64,000 nucleotides of DNA from an uncultured delta proteobacterium. GTDB lineage: Bacteria; Myxococcota_A; Polyangia; Haliangiales; Haliangiaceae. Location of the stretch: positions 1,120,001 through 1,184,000 of the forward strand of contig CAWKDB010000010.1 of assembly GCA_963848295.1 (NCBI GenBank), in the 5' to 3' direction. Below are positions 42,794-54,877 of this stretch, piece after piece. The notes beneath the pieces are model-generated. The model was not told the origin of the DNA and searched no databases. It was given only the letters and a program-made list of their open reading frames with translations. Every line of letters begins with the position of its first letter. Positions within the stretch are counted from its first letter, which is position 1. Made by a program: the position numbers and the translations under genes.

Positions 42794-42795
42794 CA

Positions 42796-42852
42796 GGGTC
42801 GATCGCGTGGGCTGGGGCGCGCCGCCGAAGGGCGGTGCGGTGGGATCGATCC
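42796..42852 (+). terminator. GC-rich stem-loop after the small gene
   Basis: gcgccgcc-gaag-ggcggtgc inner stem with GGGTCGATC/GATCGATCC outer arms; no U-tract. Confidence 0.35.
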
Positions 42853-42880
42853 GGCGCGCCTTGAGTGCTAGGGTCTTGGC

Positions 42881-43165
42881 ATGTCTGACCGCGTGCCTGA
42901 TTCCAAGACGCCGGCGATGGTGGCCTTCGCCATGGTTGCCCTCGGCATCGTGATCGCAGCGCTGCGCCACGGCGTGTTCGACGGGTCGTGGCCGGGTGGC
43001 ATCGTCGCCGCGGCGGGCGCGATCCCGGCGTGCCTCGGCATGTGGAAGGGCATCCAGCAAGAGACCCAGGGCACGCTCGCGCTATCGGTCACCGCGGTCA
43101 TCGCGTCACTCGGCGTCGGCGGCGTCCTGATCGTGCTGCGGATCGTCGACATGATCAGGCACTGA
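42881..43165 (+). CDS. Small membrane protein (3 TM)
   Basis: Three hydrophobic segments; TG-n-TAGGGT 6 nt before the ATG. Confidence 0.7.
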   Translation: MSDRVPDSKTPAMVAFAMVALGIVIAALRHGVFDGSWPGGIVAAAGAIPACLGMWKGIQQETQGTLALSVTAVIASLGVGGVLIVLRIVDMIRH

Positions 43166-43166
43166 G

Positions 43167-44195
43167 ATGCGCGGCGCCGTCGTCGCAGCGCTGGTCGCAA
43201 CGTTCGCGTGCGCGTCGTCCGCCTCCGCGAAGCCCGGCCTCATCACCTACAAGAGCAAGGCGATGGGGACCAACGTCACGCTGTGGCTGTGGACCGATCG
43301 CCAGGAAGACGCCGCGAAGGTCGCGCAAGCGGTCGACACCGAGATGAAGCGGCTCGACGCCGAGATGACGATCTGGCGCCCGGACTCCGAGATCTCGCGG
43401 GTCATCGCCGCGGCGGGCATCAAGCCGGTGAAGGTGTCGGACGAGACGATCGAGGTGGTGTCGCGCGCCCAGGACGTGTCGAAGCGCTCCGCCGGCGTGT
43501 TCGACATCACGGTCGGCGCGTTCCAGGGCGTATGGAAGTTCGACGAGAACATGGACGGCACGCTGCCCGATCCCAAGCTCGTCGCCGAGCGGCTCAAGCT
43601 CGTCAACTACAAGGATCTGATCGTCGATCCCGTGAAGAAGACGCTGTTCCTGCGCAGGAAGGGCATGGCGATCACGCTCGGCGGGATCGCGAAGGGCTAC
43701 GCCGTCGACAAGTGCGTCGCGATCATCAAGGCGCACGGCTTCGACGACTTCATGTTCCAGGCCGGCGGTGACATGTACATCGCGGGCACGAAGAGCGGCG
43801 TGAGCTGGAAGGTCGGCATCCGCGATCCGCGCGGCAAGGACGGCACCTACTTCGCGGTCGCGCCGATCCAAGACCATTCGTTCTCGACCAGCGGCGACTA
43901 CGAGCGTGGCTTCGTCAAGGACGGCAAGCGCTGGCACCACATCATCGACCCGCGCACCGGGTTCCCCGCGACCGCGAGTCGCTCGGTCACGGTCCGCGCG
44001 AAGGACGCTTTCACCGCGGACGCGTGGTCGAAGGTGATGTTCATCTACGGCTGGGAAGAAGGCAGCAAGATCATCGCGCGCGAGAAGCTCGAGGACTTCG
44101 GCGTCGCGTGGGTCGACGATAAGAACGAGGTCCACGTCACGCCCGATCTGCAAAAGGATCTGATCATGCTCAGCAAGCCGACCCCGGGGATCTAG
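43167..44195 (+). CDS. apbE: FAD:protein FMN transferase ApbE
   Basis: AMGT, SEISR, FDITVG, LGGIAKGYAVD, GGD, STSGDYER, HHIIDPRTG, ADAWS. Confidence 0.93.
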   Translation: MRGAVVAALVATFACASSASAKPGLITYKSKAMGTNVTLWLWTDRQEDAAKVAQAVDTEMKRLDAEMTIWRPDSEISRVIAAAGIKPVKVSDETIEVVSRAQDVSKRSAGVFDITVGAFQGVWKFDENMDGTLPDPKLVAERLKLVNYKDLIVDPVKKTLFLRRKGMAITLGGIAKGYAVDKCVAIIKAHGFDDFMFQAGGDMYIAGTKSGVSWKVGIRDPRGKDGTYFAVAPIQDHSFSTSGDYERGFVKDGKRWHHIIDPRTGFPATASRSVTVRAKDAFTADAWSKVMFIYGWEEGSKIIAREKLEDFGVAWVDDKNEVHVTPDLQKDLIMLSKPTPGI

Positions 44196-45475
44196 GCGCG
44201 CGGCAACGTCTCGACCTCGACCATGCGCGCGGGATCGAGCCAGCGCGCGATCGCACCGGCGACGTCGGCGGTGGTGATCAAGCGGTAGGTCGCGAGCTCG
44301 GCGGCGAGGCCATCGGGGATCCCGGTGTACAGCGCGTAGCGTTGGAGCAGCGATGCGCGCCGGGCCAGGCCGGACAGCGACCAGATCGCACCGGCTTCGC
44401 GCCGCGTCACGATCCGAGCGATCGCGGCGGCGTCGGGCGCTCGCGCGCATTCTTCGTCGAGGATCGCGCGGACGCGATCGCGATCGGCGCCGGTGCGCAG
44501 ATCGACGGAGACGTGGACCTCGCCGCCGATCCGACCGGCGATCGCCCACGCCGAGACGCGCTGCGCGAGCTGGGTCTCGTAGACCAGGCGTCGCCACAGC
44601 GCGCCGGTGCCGACCGCGCACCACGCGGCGGTCGCGATATCGAGTGCGGCCTCGTCTCGTGCGAACGCCGCCGGGCCGTGCCACGCGCGATGAATGCGAC
44701 CGAGCGCCGCGAACTTGTCGCTGACCTCGACTCGCACCGGGGCGGCGAGCACGACGTCCGCCGGCACGGGCCGCACGGGCCGCGTCGACGGCGGAAAGCT
44801 GCCGAAGAATTGATCGACGAGCGCGTCGGTGGCGTCGAGGTCGACGTCGCCCGCGATCACGAGCTGCGCGTTCGCTGGCACGTACCACGTGCGATAGAAC
44901 GCGAGGATGTCGTCGAGCGTCGCGGCCTGGATGTGGTGGTGCAGGCCGATCGTGAGGTGGCGCGCGGGATGGCCCTCGGGATAGAGCGCGAGCGCGACCG
45001 CGAACCGCTCCGGTCCGTACGGCACGTCCTCGTAGCGCTGGCGGCGCTCGGAGCGCACGACCGATTGCTGGATCGCGAGCCGATCCGCGTCGAGCCCGGG
45101 CGCGACGTAGCCCATGCGATCGCTCTCGAGCCACAGCGCCATCGCGAGCTCGTGGGCGGGCACGACCTCGTGGTACGCGGTGCGATCGGCCGAGGTCGAC
45201 GCGTTCGCGTCGCTCGAGCCGACCCGGCGCAGCACGTCGTAGTGATGAGCCGGCACGTGCAGCGAGTTCTTGAACAGATGCTCGAACAGATGCGCGAGCC
45301 CGGTGCGCTCGGGCCGCTCGTCGGAGCTGCCGGCGCGATACCAGACGCTGACGCACACCTGCGGCGTCGCCGGTTCGCGATGGACGATGACGTCGAGCCC
45401 GCTCGCGAGCTGGCGGCGATGCACCGCGAGTCGCGGCAGATCCGCTTCGAACGCGATCGCCGGCACCGCCACCAC
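44192..45475 (-). CDS. M16 (pitrilysin-family) zinc peptidase
   Basis: GLAHLFEHL (HxxEH), NASTSADRT, LWLESDRM, ERRQR, YVPANA. Confidence 0.9.
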   Translation of the reverse strand: MVAVPAIAFEADLPRLAVHRRQLASGLDVIVHREPATPQVCVSVWYRAGSSDERPERTGLAHLFEHLFKNSLHVPAHHYDVLRRVGSSDANASTSADRTAYHEVVPAHELAMALWLESDRMGYVAPGLDADRLAIQQSVVRSERRQRYEDVPYGPERFAVALALYPEGHPARHLTIGLHHHIQAATLDDILAFYRTWYVPANAQLVIAGDVDLDATDALVDQFFGSFPPSTRPVRPVPADVVLAAPVRVEVSDKFAALGRIHRAWHGPAAFARDEAALDIATAAWCAVGTGALWRRLVYETQLAQRVSAWAIAGRIGGEVHVSVDLRTGADRDRVRAILDEECARAPDAAAIARIVTRREAGAIWSLSGLARRASLLQRYALYTGIPDGLAAELATYRLITTADVAGAIARWLDPARMVEVETLPRA

Positions 45476-45476
45476 C

Positions 45477-46334
45477 CTACTCCGCCTCGGTTCGCGGCGG
45501 GCGCTGCAGCGACAGCGCGAGCTGATACAGCTGGCGGCGCGGCTTGCCGGTCACGATCACGAGCCGGGCGGCCGCGTCGCGCGGTCCCAGGCCGCTCGCG
45601 AGCAGCTTCTTGAGCTCGGCTTCGATGTCGATCGCCGCCGGTGCCGCGCTGCCGCCCTCGACGACCAGCGTGCACTCGCCGCGCGGCGCGACCTCCGCGT
45701 ACTTCGCGGCGAGCTGCGTCAGCGTGCCACGCACGTGCTCCTCGTGCAGCTTCGTCAGCTCGCGCCCGAGGCTCGCGCGCCGGTTGCCGCCGAGCGCCAT
45801 CGCGAGATCGGCGAGCGTCGCGCCGACTCGATCGGGCGCTTCGTAGAAGATCATCGCGCCGACCTCGCCGCGCAGCGTGCCGAACAGCTCGCGGCGCGCG
45901 CCTAGTTCGCGCGGTGGAAACCCGAGGAACGTGAATCGCTCGGTCGGTAAGCCCGAGCCGACGAGCGCGGCGAGCGCGGCATTCGGCCCCGGGATGACCT
46001 CGATCCGCACGCCGGTCGCGACCGCGGCGGCGACCGCGCGCGAGCCCGGGTCGGAGATGCCCGGCATCCCGGCCTCGCTGATCACCGCGACGTGCTTGCC
46101 GGCCGCGAGCTCGGCCGCGAGCTGCGCCGAGCGCTCGGCTTCATTGCCTTCGAACAGCGACACGATCGTGCGCGCCGGGTTCACCGGCCCGCCGCCGTCG
46201 ACATGGCCGAGCAGCGTCCGCGCCGATCGCGTGTCTTCGGCCGCGATGACGTCGACCTCGCGCAACAAGCGCGCCGCGCGCAGCGAGAGATCCTCGAGGT
46301 TGCCGATCGGTGTCCCGACGATGAACAGCGTCAT
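45477..46334 (-). CDS. rsmI: 16S rRNA (C1402) 2'-O-methyltransferase RsmI
   Basis: [40 protein letters not shown]. Confidence 0.95.
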   Translation of the reverse strand: MTLFIVGTPIGNLEDLSLRAARLLREVDVIAAEDTRSARTLLGHVDGGGPVNPARTIVSLFEGNEAERSAQLAAELAAGKHVAVISEAGMPGISDPGSRAVAAAVATGVRIEVIPGPNAALAALVGSGLPTERFTFLGFPPRELGARRELFGTLRGEVGAMIFYEAPDRVGATLADLAMALGGNRRASLGRELTKLHEEHVRGTLTQLAAKYAEVAPRGECTLVVEGGSAAPAAIDIEAELKKLLASGLGPRDAAARLVIVTGKPRRQLYQLALSLQRPPRTEAE

Positions 46335-46337
46335 CGG

Positions 46338-47481
<1,144 letters not shown>

Positions 47482-47609
47482 CGCGGTCCGGGCACTGTAC
47501 TACATGCAACTACTCGACGGTTGGCCGTGCTGCCGGCAGCGCCGTCGAATCGCGACGTGGTTTCGCAGAGGCCCGTACTTCAGTGCCTGGCGCGAAGCGC
47601 ATTGCGCCC

Positions 47610-47615
47610 TATAAT
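47610..47615 (+). promoter_or_regulatory. -10 element TATAAT of a probable leaderless transcript
   Basis: Perfect TATAAT 6 nt before ATG 47622; no SD. Confidence 0.6.
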
Positions 47616-47621
47616 CGCGAG

Positions 47622-50600
47622 ATGCGTAGCAGGTTGAACCTGGCCCTGGTGGTGATCGCCGGTGCCCTCGCACTCGTACTTACCGTCGTCCGGCAGTCGC
47701 CCGAGGGCGTCGTGTCCTTCGATTTCGAGACGCAAGCGGTCCGCGCCGCGCCGGGCGATGCCCAAGGGGGCAAGCCAGACCTCTCGACGCTCAAGATCTT
47801 CAACGCGGCGCTTGTTCAAGGTCAACGATCGCTACGTCGATCCGTCGCGCATCGATCCGAAGAAGATGTTGTACGCCGCGCTCGACTCGGTGCAGTTCAA
47901 CATTCCCGAAGTGCTCGTCGAGCCCGACATCGCCCACAACAGGGTGTCGGTCGCGGTCAACGACAAGAGGCAGACGTTCGACACCACGAAGGTCGACTCG
48001 CCGTGGCGGCTACAGCTGAAGTTGCAGAGCATCTTCCGGTTCGTCGAGGCGAACATGAACGCGGGCGCCGACCTCGCGAAGATCGAGTACGCGGCAGTCG
48101 AACGGCATGCTGTCGACGCTCGATCCGCACTCGATCCTGATGGACCCCGAGCAAGCGCGCGACATGGACGTGTCGACGAGCGGCAAGTTCGGCGGTCTCG
48201 GCATCGTGATCCGGATGATCGATCGCAAGCTCACGGTCGTGAAGCCGATGAAGGACACGCCGGCGTGGCGCAAGGGCATCAAGGCCGGCGATCACATCGT
48301 CAAGATCAACAACGATCCGACCGAGAACCTCACGTCGAACGAAGCGGTCGATCGCATGCGCGGCGACCCTCACACGCCGGTGACGCTGTGCATCGAACGC
48401 AAGGGCGAGGCGCAGCTGCTCAAGATTCGATCTCATCCGCGACGTGATCCACGTCTCGCAGGTCGAGCACAAGCTGCTCGACCACGGCGTCGGCTACCTC
48501 AGGGTCAAGCAGTTCTCCAAGGGCATCGCCGATGACGTCGCCGACGCGATGCGCGAGATGAGCGCCCAGGGCGCGACCGCGTGGGTGCTCGACCTGCGCT
48601 ACAACCCGGGCGGCCTGCTCGAGGAGGCGGTCAAGCTGGCGGACCTGTTCGTCGACAAGGGCGTCCTCGTCACGACCGTCTCGGGCAAGGACCGCGACGA
48701 GCGCGCCGCCGGCAAGGGCTTCGGCGACACCGGCGGATCGCTCGCCGTGCTCGTCAACGGCCAATCGGCCTCGGCTTCGGAGATCGTCGCCGGCGCGCTC
48801 AAGAACCTCGACCGTGCCGTGATCATCGGCTCGCGCACGTTCGGCAAGGGCTCGGTCCAGGAGCTCTACGACTTCGGCGACCACAGCAAGCTCAAGCTGA
48901 CGATCGCGCAGTACCTGACGCCGGGCGATCGCTCGATCCAGAACCTCGGCATCGTGCCGGACATCGCGATGCATCGCATGTACGTGCCGGACAAGAACGA
49001 CAAGTCCGACGCGAAGCTGCTCGACGCCGGTTACGTCCGGTTGCTGACGCCGACGCACACCTACGGCGAGAAGGATCTCGACGCTCACCTCGTCTCGACC
49101 TACGCGAAGGACGGCGACAAACCAGCCTACGTGCTGTCCGTACCTGATCGAGAAGAGGCCTCCCGCGGCAGGGGTCGACCCGAAAGCGCCGGTCACCGCG
49201 CCTTCCGACGACGACGATCCGCCGGATGACGACGAGATCGTCGAGGACTTCGAGATGCGGTTCGCCAAGCAGCTCGTGTCGAGCGTGCGCGAATCGAACC
49301 GGCTGAAGCTGGACGCCGACGCGAGCGCACTCGTCAAGAAGGTGCGCGCCGACGAAGAGACCAAAGAGGTCGCCGCGCTCGCGCAGATCGGCGTCGATTG
49401 GAGCGCGCCGACCGCGCAACCCGATAACGCGAACCTCGACATCTCGGTCGCGACGTCGCCGTCCGGGGCGCTCAAGGCCGGAGACGTCGTCAGCGTGACC
49501 GCGACGGTGAAGAACACCGGCACCGGCACCGCGTATCGCGTGCTGCCGCGGATCGAAGCGGACGACAACATGTTCGAAGACACCGAGCTGCCGATCGGCA
49601 AGGTCGGGCCGGGCGAGACCAAGACGTTCACCGCGAAGGTGTCGTTGCCGAAGGATGCGCTCGATCGCGTCGATCGCCTCGGTCTCGAGGTCAAGGACGC
49701 GCACAACTCGCCGACGCACGTGACGCCAGCGGCGATCCACGTCGAAGCGGCACCGCGCCCGGTGTTCTCGTACTCGTATCAGCTCGTCGACGACGGCAAC
49801 GGCGACGGCCTGGTCCAGCGCGGCGAGAAGTATCGCCTGCAAGTCCAGGTCAAGAACACCGGCGCCGGCCCGAGCCAGGAGACGACGGTGTTGTTGCGCA
49901 ACGCCTCGGGCGACGGCGTGTTGCTCGACAAGTCGCGGTTCGAGCTCAAGCCGATCGATGCGCCGGCGACCGCGGTGTCGCTCGCACCGGGCCAGGTCAA
50001 AGAGCTCGAGTTCCCGTTCTCGACCCTGAGCTCGCTGCACGGCGACGAGCTCGTGCTCGAGCTGATGATCGTACGACCAGGTGCTCGATGTGCGGTCGAG
50101 CGAGAAGCTGCACTTCAAGATCACGCCGGCGGTCGCGGGCGTGCCGGCGCATGGCAACGTCGTCGCGAAGTCGGCGACGCAGATCCACGCCGGCGCGGCG
50201 GCGGAGTCGAGCGTGATCGGCGTGACCGGCAGAGCGGGATTCCCGGTGATCGCGCAGTACGGCGCGTGGACGAAGGTCAAGCTCGCCGGCAACAAGGTCG
50301 GCTTCCTGCCGACCGACTCGATCAGCCAAGGTGGCAACGACAGCGGCACGTACACCGCGCAGTGGAACTCGACGCCGCCGACGATCGCGCTCAACGTGAA
50401 GAGCCTCGAGACCACCGGCGAGACCTACCGGTTGAGCGGCACGGTCTCGGACGAGACTCACGTCGAGGACGTCTACGTGTTCGTGTCGAATCAGACCTCG
50501 AAGATCGAGAGCCGCAAGGTGTTCTACCGATCGAACCGCAGCGGCCGGAACGGCAAGGTGCTCGACTTCACCGCGGACCTCCCGCTGTGGCCGGGCTCGA

Positions 50601-50698
50601 ACGTCGTCACGGTCGTCGCGCGTGAAAACGCCGAGGTCGGGTCGATGAAGACGATGTTTGTCTATCGCGGCTCACCCCGGACTGCCCTGACACCGTAA
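47622..50698 (+). CDS. S41 carboxyl-terminal protease, MXAN_5808-like, with PDZ and C-terminal beta domains (frameshifted)
   Basis: LDPHS, FGGLGI, DLRYNPGGLL, SASASEIVAGAL, TFGKGSVQ; CARDB-like VKNTG repeats, SH3-like segment. Confidence 0.9.
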
Positions 50699-50784
50699 CC
50701 GGTGGCCCGTCGGTCGAGGCGATCGATCAATCGGCCTCGGGGCCCTTGAATTTCGCCGCGAGGCGCGGCGTCATAGAGGTGTTC

Positions 50785-51201
50785 ATGCGTACGCTCGCGA
50801 TCGCAGTCGTTCTTGTGGCTCTGGCTGCAACCGCGCGAGCCGAGGGCGTCGCCGGCTCGTACGACGCGAAGTTCGATCAGCTCGCGAACAACTGCGAGCA
50901 CGCCCAGACGCTGACCCACGCGACGGTCAGGCTCGACATCAGGAAGACTTCGCTGACCATCAACATCGATACGATCCCTCAGATGGTCGGAGCGGCCGAG
51001 AAGAGCGGCAAGGTCAGCGCGAAGTCCAAGCTCGGCCCTTCGATCATCCAGGGGATCGACGCGACGTATCGCGTCGCCGGGCGGGTCGCCGACGGTGGCA
51101 TGCTCCAGCTCGTGCTGATCGCCGAGTACAGCATCAAGGGCAAGGCGACGTGTACGCAGTCGTGGAACATCGCCGGGCTGCGCCAGGACAAGAGTCGCTA
51201 A
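50785..51201 (+). CDS. Secreted hypothetical protein
   Basis: Signal peptide ending ARA, two Cys, GAGG RBS. Confidence 0.75.
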   Translation: MRTLAIAVVLVALAATARAEGVAGSYDAKFDQLANNCEHAQTLTHATVRLDIRKTSLTINIDTIPQMVGAAEKSGKVSAKSKLGPSIIQGIDATYRVAGRVADGGMLQLVLIAEYSIKGKATCTQSWNIAGLRQDKSR

Positions 51202-51298
51202 GCGATAACGACGTGTGGGCGATGGTGCGCGTGCCGTCGAGTCTTCCGGCGGCCGATGCCGCTTGACGCGCTTCCCCGATCCGCCGCACGCTTGTAGG

Positions 51299-51842
51299 GT
51301 GGGTGGATCTGCGCCAAGTCGTAAGCTGGGCCGCTACGAGGTGTTGCGGCACGTTCGGCGCGGCCGAGCTGACATTTCTCGGCGCTCAGACGGGCGGGAC
51401 CGAAGATCCGCAGGCGAGTCGCACCGAGCAGTGGACGTTGCTCGAGCCTCCCGTCTCGACCGCGAACATCACGGTCACGCTGTCGTCGACTGCCGCGACG
51501 CTCCGCGCGAGCGCGGTCGCGTTCACCGGCGTCAATCAAGCAGAGCCGATCCGGCCGGGCAGCCTGATCACGCTCGGCAGCGGTGGCATCTCCGGCCAGG
51601 TCGTCGTCGATAGCGCCACCGGCGATCTCGTCGAGTGCGTGACCGGGCACGGCGGTGGCATTGTCAGTGCAGGCTCGGGTGATACGCTCGTGTTCATCGA
51701 TCCCCTGGGCACCTCGTCGTTCTCGCTCAACAACGACGGGATGGAGGTCGCGCCCGGCGCGACGCACACGGCAATGAGCTGGAACTACTTCGACGACGAC
51801 AACATCCAGATGGTCGCGGCGTCGCTCGAGCCGGCGGACTAA
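51299..51842 (+). pseudogene. Probable fusion scar: kinase N-terminal fragment joined to a beta-rich C-terminal domain
   Basis: GTG-GGSAPSRKLGRYEVLRH, then a different frame TFGAAELTFLG...AVAFTGVNQ. Confidence 0.45.
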
Positions 51843-51845
51843 CCG

Positions 51846-52733
51846 CTAGCAGCCGTCGGGCTTCCAGGTCGCGCCGTAGTCGTCGTAGTTCTGCAGGTAG
51901 AGCGCGATGCCTTCCGTCGACGTCTCGGGCAAGCACAAGTCGCCGTACGTCGTGTACGAGCAGTCGGGGTTCGAGTCGTGAGGACAGTTGTAGTCCTCGT
52001 CCATCTCGAGCGCGTACGGATCGACGAGCGTCTCGAGATCGAGCCGGCCGAGCGGCGAGTTCGCGAGCGTCGACGCCGGATTCGTGAAGAACTGCGTCTG
52101 GCCGCGCGGCGCGCCGGTGTTGCACTCGTCGCTGAGATCGAACGGCGCGTGAGGGCCGCCGAGGTCGTGCGAATCGCGCCAGTAGCCGTCGGGCGGGATG
52201 TCGTCCGCGTCGATCGGGTTGCCGTCGTCGCTGTTGATCAGCACGTTGAGATCGTGGAGCTGATGATCGGTCGACATGATCATCCGGTTGTACTCGCCGC
52301 CGCCGCACGAGCCCGGATCGGTCGCGGTCGCGTCTTGGCCGCCGCTCAGCCGATAGAGCGTCACGATGTGCTCGAGCATCCGCGTGCCGTCGCTGCGGAT
52401 CTTGCCGCCCCACAGTCGATCCGTGATCGTGCGGAACGTGTCCTGCGACGACGGGTCGAGCGCGGTCCACAGGTCGCACACGGTCGTCAGGTTCTGCCCG
52501 GATAAGCCGTTCGACTGCACCTTCGTGGGATCGGCCTGCAGAAATGCCAGGTAGGTCGCGAGCAGGCGATCACGGTTGCCGTCGCGCGTATCGGGAAAGC
52601 TGGCGTCGGGCGAGGCCGAGCCGTCGGAGCCGGACCCGCTGTCGTGATGGTTGCCAGGGGCGTCGCTATCGACCGCCCCCGGATGGCCACACGCCGCGAG
52701 CAACAGGACGGTCACGAGCGCACGAGCCCCCAT
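51846..52733 (-). CDS. Cys/Asp-rich lipoprotein of unknown function
   Basis: LAAC lipobox, SCGGGEYNR, HDLGGPH, several Cys. Confidence 0.8.
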   Translation of the reverse strand: MGARALVTVLLLAACGHPGAVDSDAPGNHHDSGSGSDGSASPDASFPDTRDGNRDRLLATYLAFLQADPTKVQSNGLSGQNLTTVCDLWTALDPSSQDTFRTITDRLWGGKIRSDGTRMLEHIVTLYRLSGGQDATATDPGSCGGGEYNRMIMSTDHQLHDLNVLINSDDGNPIDADDIPPDGYWRDSHDLGGPHAPFDLSDECNTGAPRGQTQFFTNPASTLANSPLGRLDLETLVDPYALEMDEDYNCPHDSNPDCSYTTYGDLCLPETSTEGIALYLQNYDDYGATWKPDGC

Positions 52734-52813
52734 TGCAAGACTGTATCAAGCTTGCAGCTAGACCATGGAGGGGTTTCGCAGCGCTGTTACTGGAATGTGA
52801 CGGACGCGCCGCG

Positions 52814-54877
52814 TCAGTGGCGCGATCGCGAGGAATTCGCATAAACGCGCGCTAACGGAGCGCCCGCGACGTCGACCTCGAACACGAGGCGCGCGGTGCT
52901 GGGGATGGGGCATTTCAACTCGAGCGGCGCGTACGACACGATCCATGCGGCCCGCGCCGGGCTGCGCGCGAGGGCCGGCCACAGGTCCTGGCGAAACCAG
53001 CCGAGGTGCTTCGGCTCGATGCAATCGCGGTACACGGCCGCGCCGGGCTCGGCGTGGTCGTTGACGTACGCGATCGCTCGATCGAGCCCCTCGCCCCACC
53101 AGGCGGTCTCGAACCACGCGTGGTCGGCGACCGTGCTCGGACCGCCGACCTGCTCGGCGAAGTAGTCGAGGTAGTACGGGTGGATTCGCACGTCGACGCA
53201 CGCGAGGTAGCCGACGACGACGATCGCGACCGTGGCAAACGCGCGCGCGAACCGGGGCTCGAGCCAGGTCGCGATCGCATCCCAACCGACCGCGCCGGCG
53301 AGCGCGAGCGCGACGACACTCGGCATGACGTAGCGCACGCCGTCTTGCCGCACCGGAGAGATCGCGACGAGCAACGGGATGACGAGCCAGGCGAGCACGA
53401 TCGACGAGGCGAGCGCGGTCCGGCGAAACCGCGCCGCCCACGCGACGACACCGAGCAGCACACCGGCCGGCAGCGTCGCGAACAGATAGACGACGAAGTA
53501 GTACGGCGGCGGGTGGTTCGTGGTGCCGCCGAGGAAGGGCTCGGCCGAGTGCACGGCCGACAGCTTGTGGAACGACTCGACCAGCGCCGAGATCGGATGC
53601 AGCCACAGCCGCGGCCACAGCGCGTAGATCGTCACGATCGCGGCGAGCGTCATCGCCCCGGCGCCCAGCCGCGCGACCTGGCGGCGACGCGGTGCCGGCG
53701 CGGTCGCGACGACGATCAACCCGCACAGCGGGCCGAGCAAGCCGTTGATGTACCGCGAATCGATCGCGACCCCGACGACGACGCCGACCCACGCGAGCCG
53801 CACGAGCAGCGTGCGGCGATCGGGCTCGCCGTCGTTCACCCCGAGCGCGAGCGCGATGCCGAGCGTCCACCACAGCACGCTCGGCGATTCGTGGCCGACG
53901 ATCTGGCCGTGCGCGATCAACGGCGGCAGCAGCGCCGCGATCACGCCGGCGAGCACGCCGACGCGCAAGCGATAGAGCCGCGCACCGATCGGCACGAGCA
54001 ACGCGCAGCCGATCGCGGTCCACACCGCCGACAACGCGCGCGCCGGGCCGTAGCCGTCGGCGAGCTGGGCGCCGATGCCGGCGAGATACTTCATCACCGG
54101 CGGGTGCTCGAAGTTCCACGCCCACGACCGCGCGTGGAAATCGAGCGCGAGCAAGTTCGTGACGTAGTTGCGCCCCGATGCCCAGTACACGCCCTCGTCC
54201 CAGGTCTCGCCGAAACCCGATAAATCGATCCACCGGACGAGGCACGCCGTCGCGAACACCGCGGCCATGCCGATCCACGCGGCGCGCGGCACGAGCGCCA
54301 ACCGGCGACGTGCGAGCGCGCACGACGTCGCGACGACGATCGCGAGGATCGCGAGCGCGCACGCGCCATCGAACGGGTTCGCTCCGGCACACGCGCCGAA
54401 CTCCGCGCGCTCGGGCGGCTCGGCCGACAGCGAGCTCGCCGGCACGTACTCGGGGTCGCCGCGCCTACCGACCGGGCTCCACACCAGGCGCGAGCTCGCT
54501 GGCCCGACAAACCGCACCGCGGTCGCGCCGCGATCGAGCATGATCCGGCACACGTGGCCGTGCGAGATGTCGGAGCAATCGGGGCCCGGGCTCGGCACGA
54601 CGCCGCCGCCGACGTGCCGCGCCGCGTGGGGATCGCCGACCTCGAGCCGCGCCGGGCCATCGGCTTGAAACCCGATCACGACCGGGCCTCCGCGCCGGAC
54701 ATCGATCGAGCCGGTGCGCGCGATCTCGCCGGGTGGATCGGCGGCGACGCGCTCCGCGATCGCGAGCTGATCGAGCGGATCGACCGCGACGCACGCCCGC
54801 AACGCGAGGATCGCGGCGATCAGCGCGACCGGGATCGCGCCCCAGTACCGCCTCCCTACTTCACGCGGCCCGGGCAC
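52814..54877 (-). CDS. GT-C fold glycosyltransferase (GT39/ArnT-like); start uncertain
   Basis: [18 protein letters not shown], many TM helices, [13 protein letters not shown]. Confidence 0.82.
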   Translation of the reverse strand: MPGPREVGRRYWGAIPVALIAAILALRACVAVDPLDQLAIAERVAADPPGEIARTGSIDVRRGGPVVIGFQADGPARLEVGDPHAARHVGGGVVPSPGPDCSDISHGHVCRIMLDRGATAVRFVGPASSRLVWSPVGRRGDPEYVPASSLSAEPPERAEFGACAGANPFDGACALAILAIVVATSCALARRRLALVPRAAWIGMAAVFATACLVRWIDLSGFGETWDEGVYWASGRNYVTNLLALDFHARSWAWNFEHPPVMKYLAGIGAQLADGYGPARALSAVWTAIGCALLVPIGARLYRLRVGVLAGVIAALLPPLIAHGQIVGHESPSVLWWTLGIALALGVNDGEPDRRTLLVRLAWVGVVVGVAIDSRYINGLLGPLCGLIVVATAPAPRRRQVARLGAGAMTLAAIVTIYALWPRLWLHPISALVESFHKLSAVHSAEPFLGGTTNHPPPYYFVVYLFATLPAGVLLGVVAWAARFRRTALASSIVLAWLVIPLLVAISPVRQDGVRYVMPSVVALALAGAVGWDAIATWLEPRFARAFATVAIVVVGYLACVDVRIHPYYLDYFAEQVGGPSTVADHAWFETAWWGEGLDRAIAYVNDHAEPGAAVYRDCIEPKHLGWFRQDLWPALARSPARAAWIVSYAPLELKCPIPSTARLVFEVDVAGAPLARVYANSSRSRH

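Noticed and set aside
52742..52756. TGTATCAAGCTTGCA as a fourth island-type operator
   Set aside because: One half-site is mismatched, it is far from the island, and it overlaps a likely -10 element, so chance cannot be excluded
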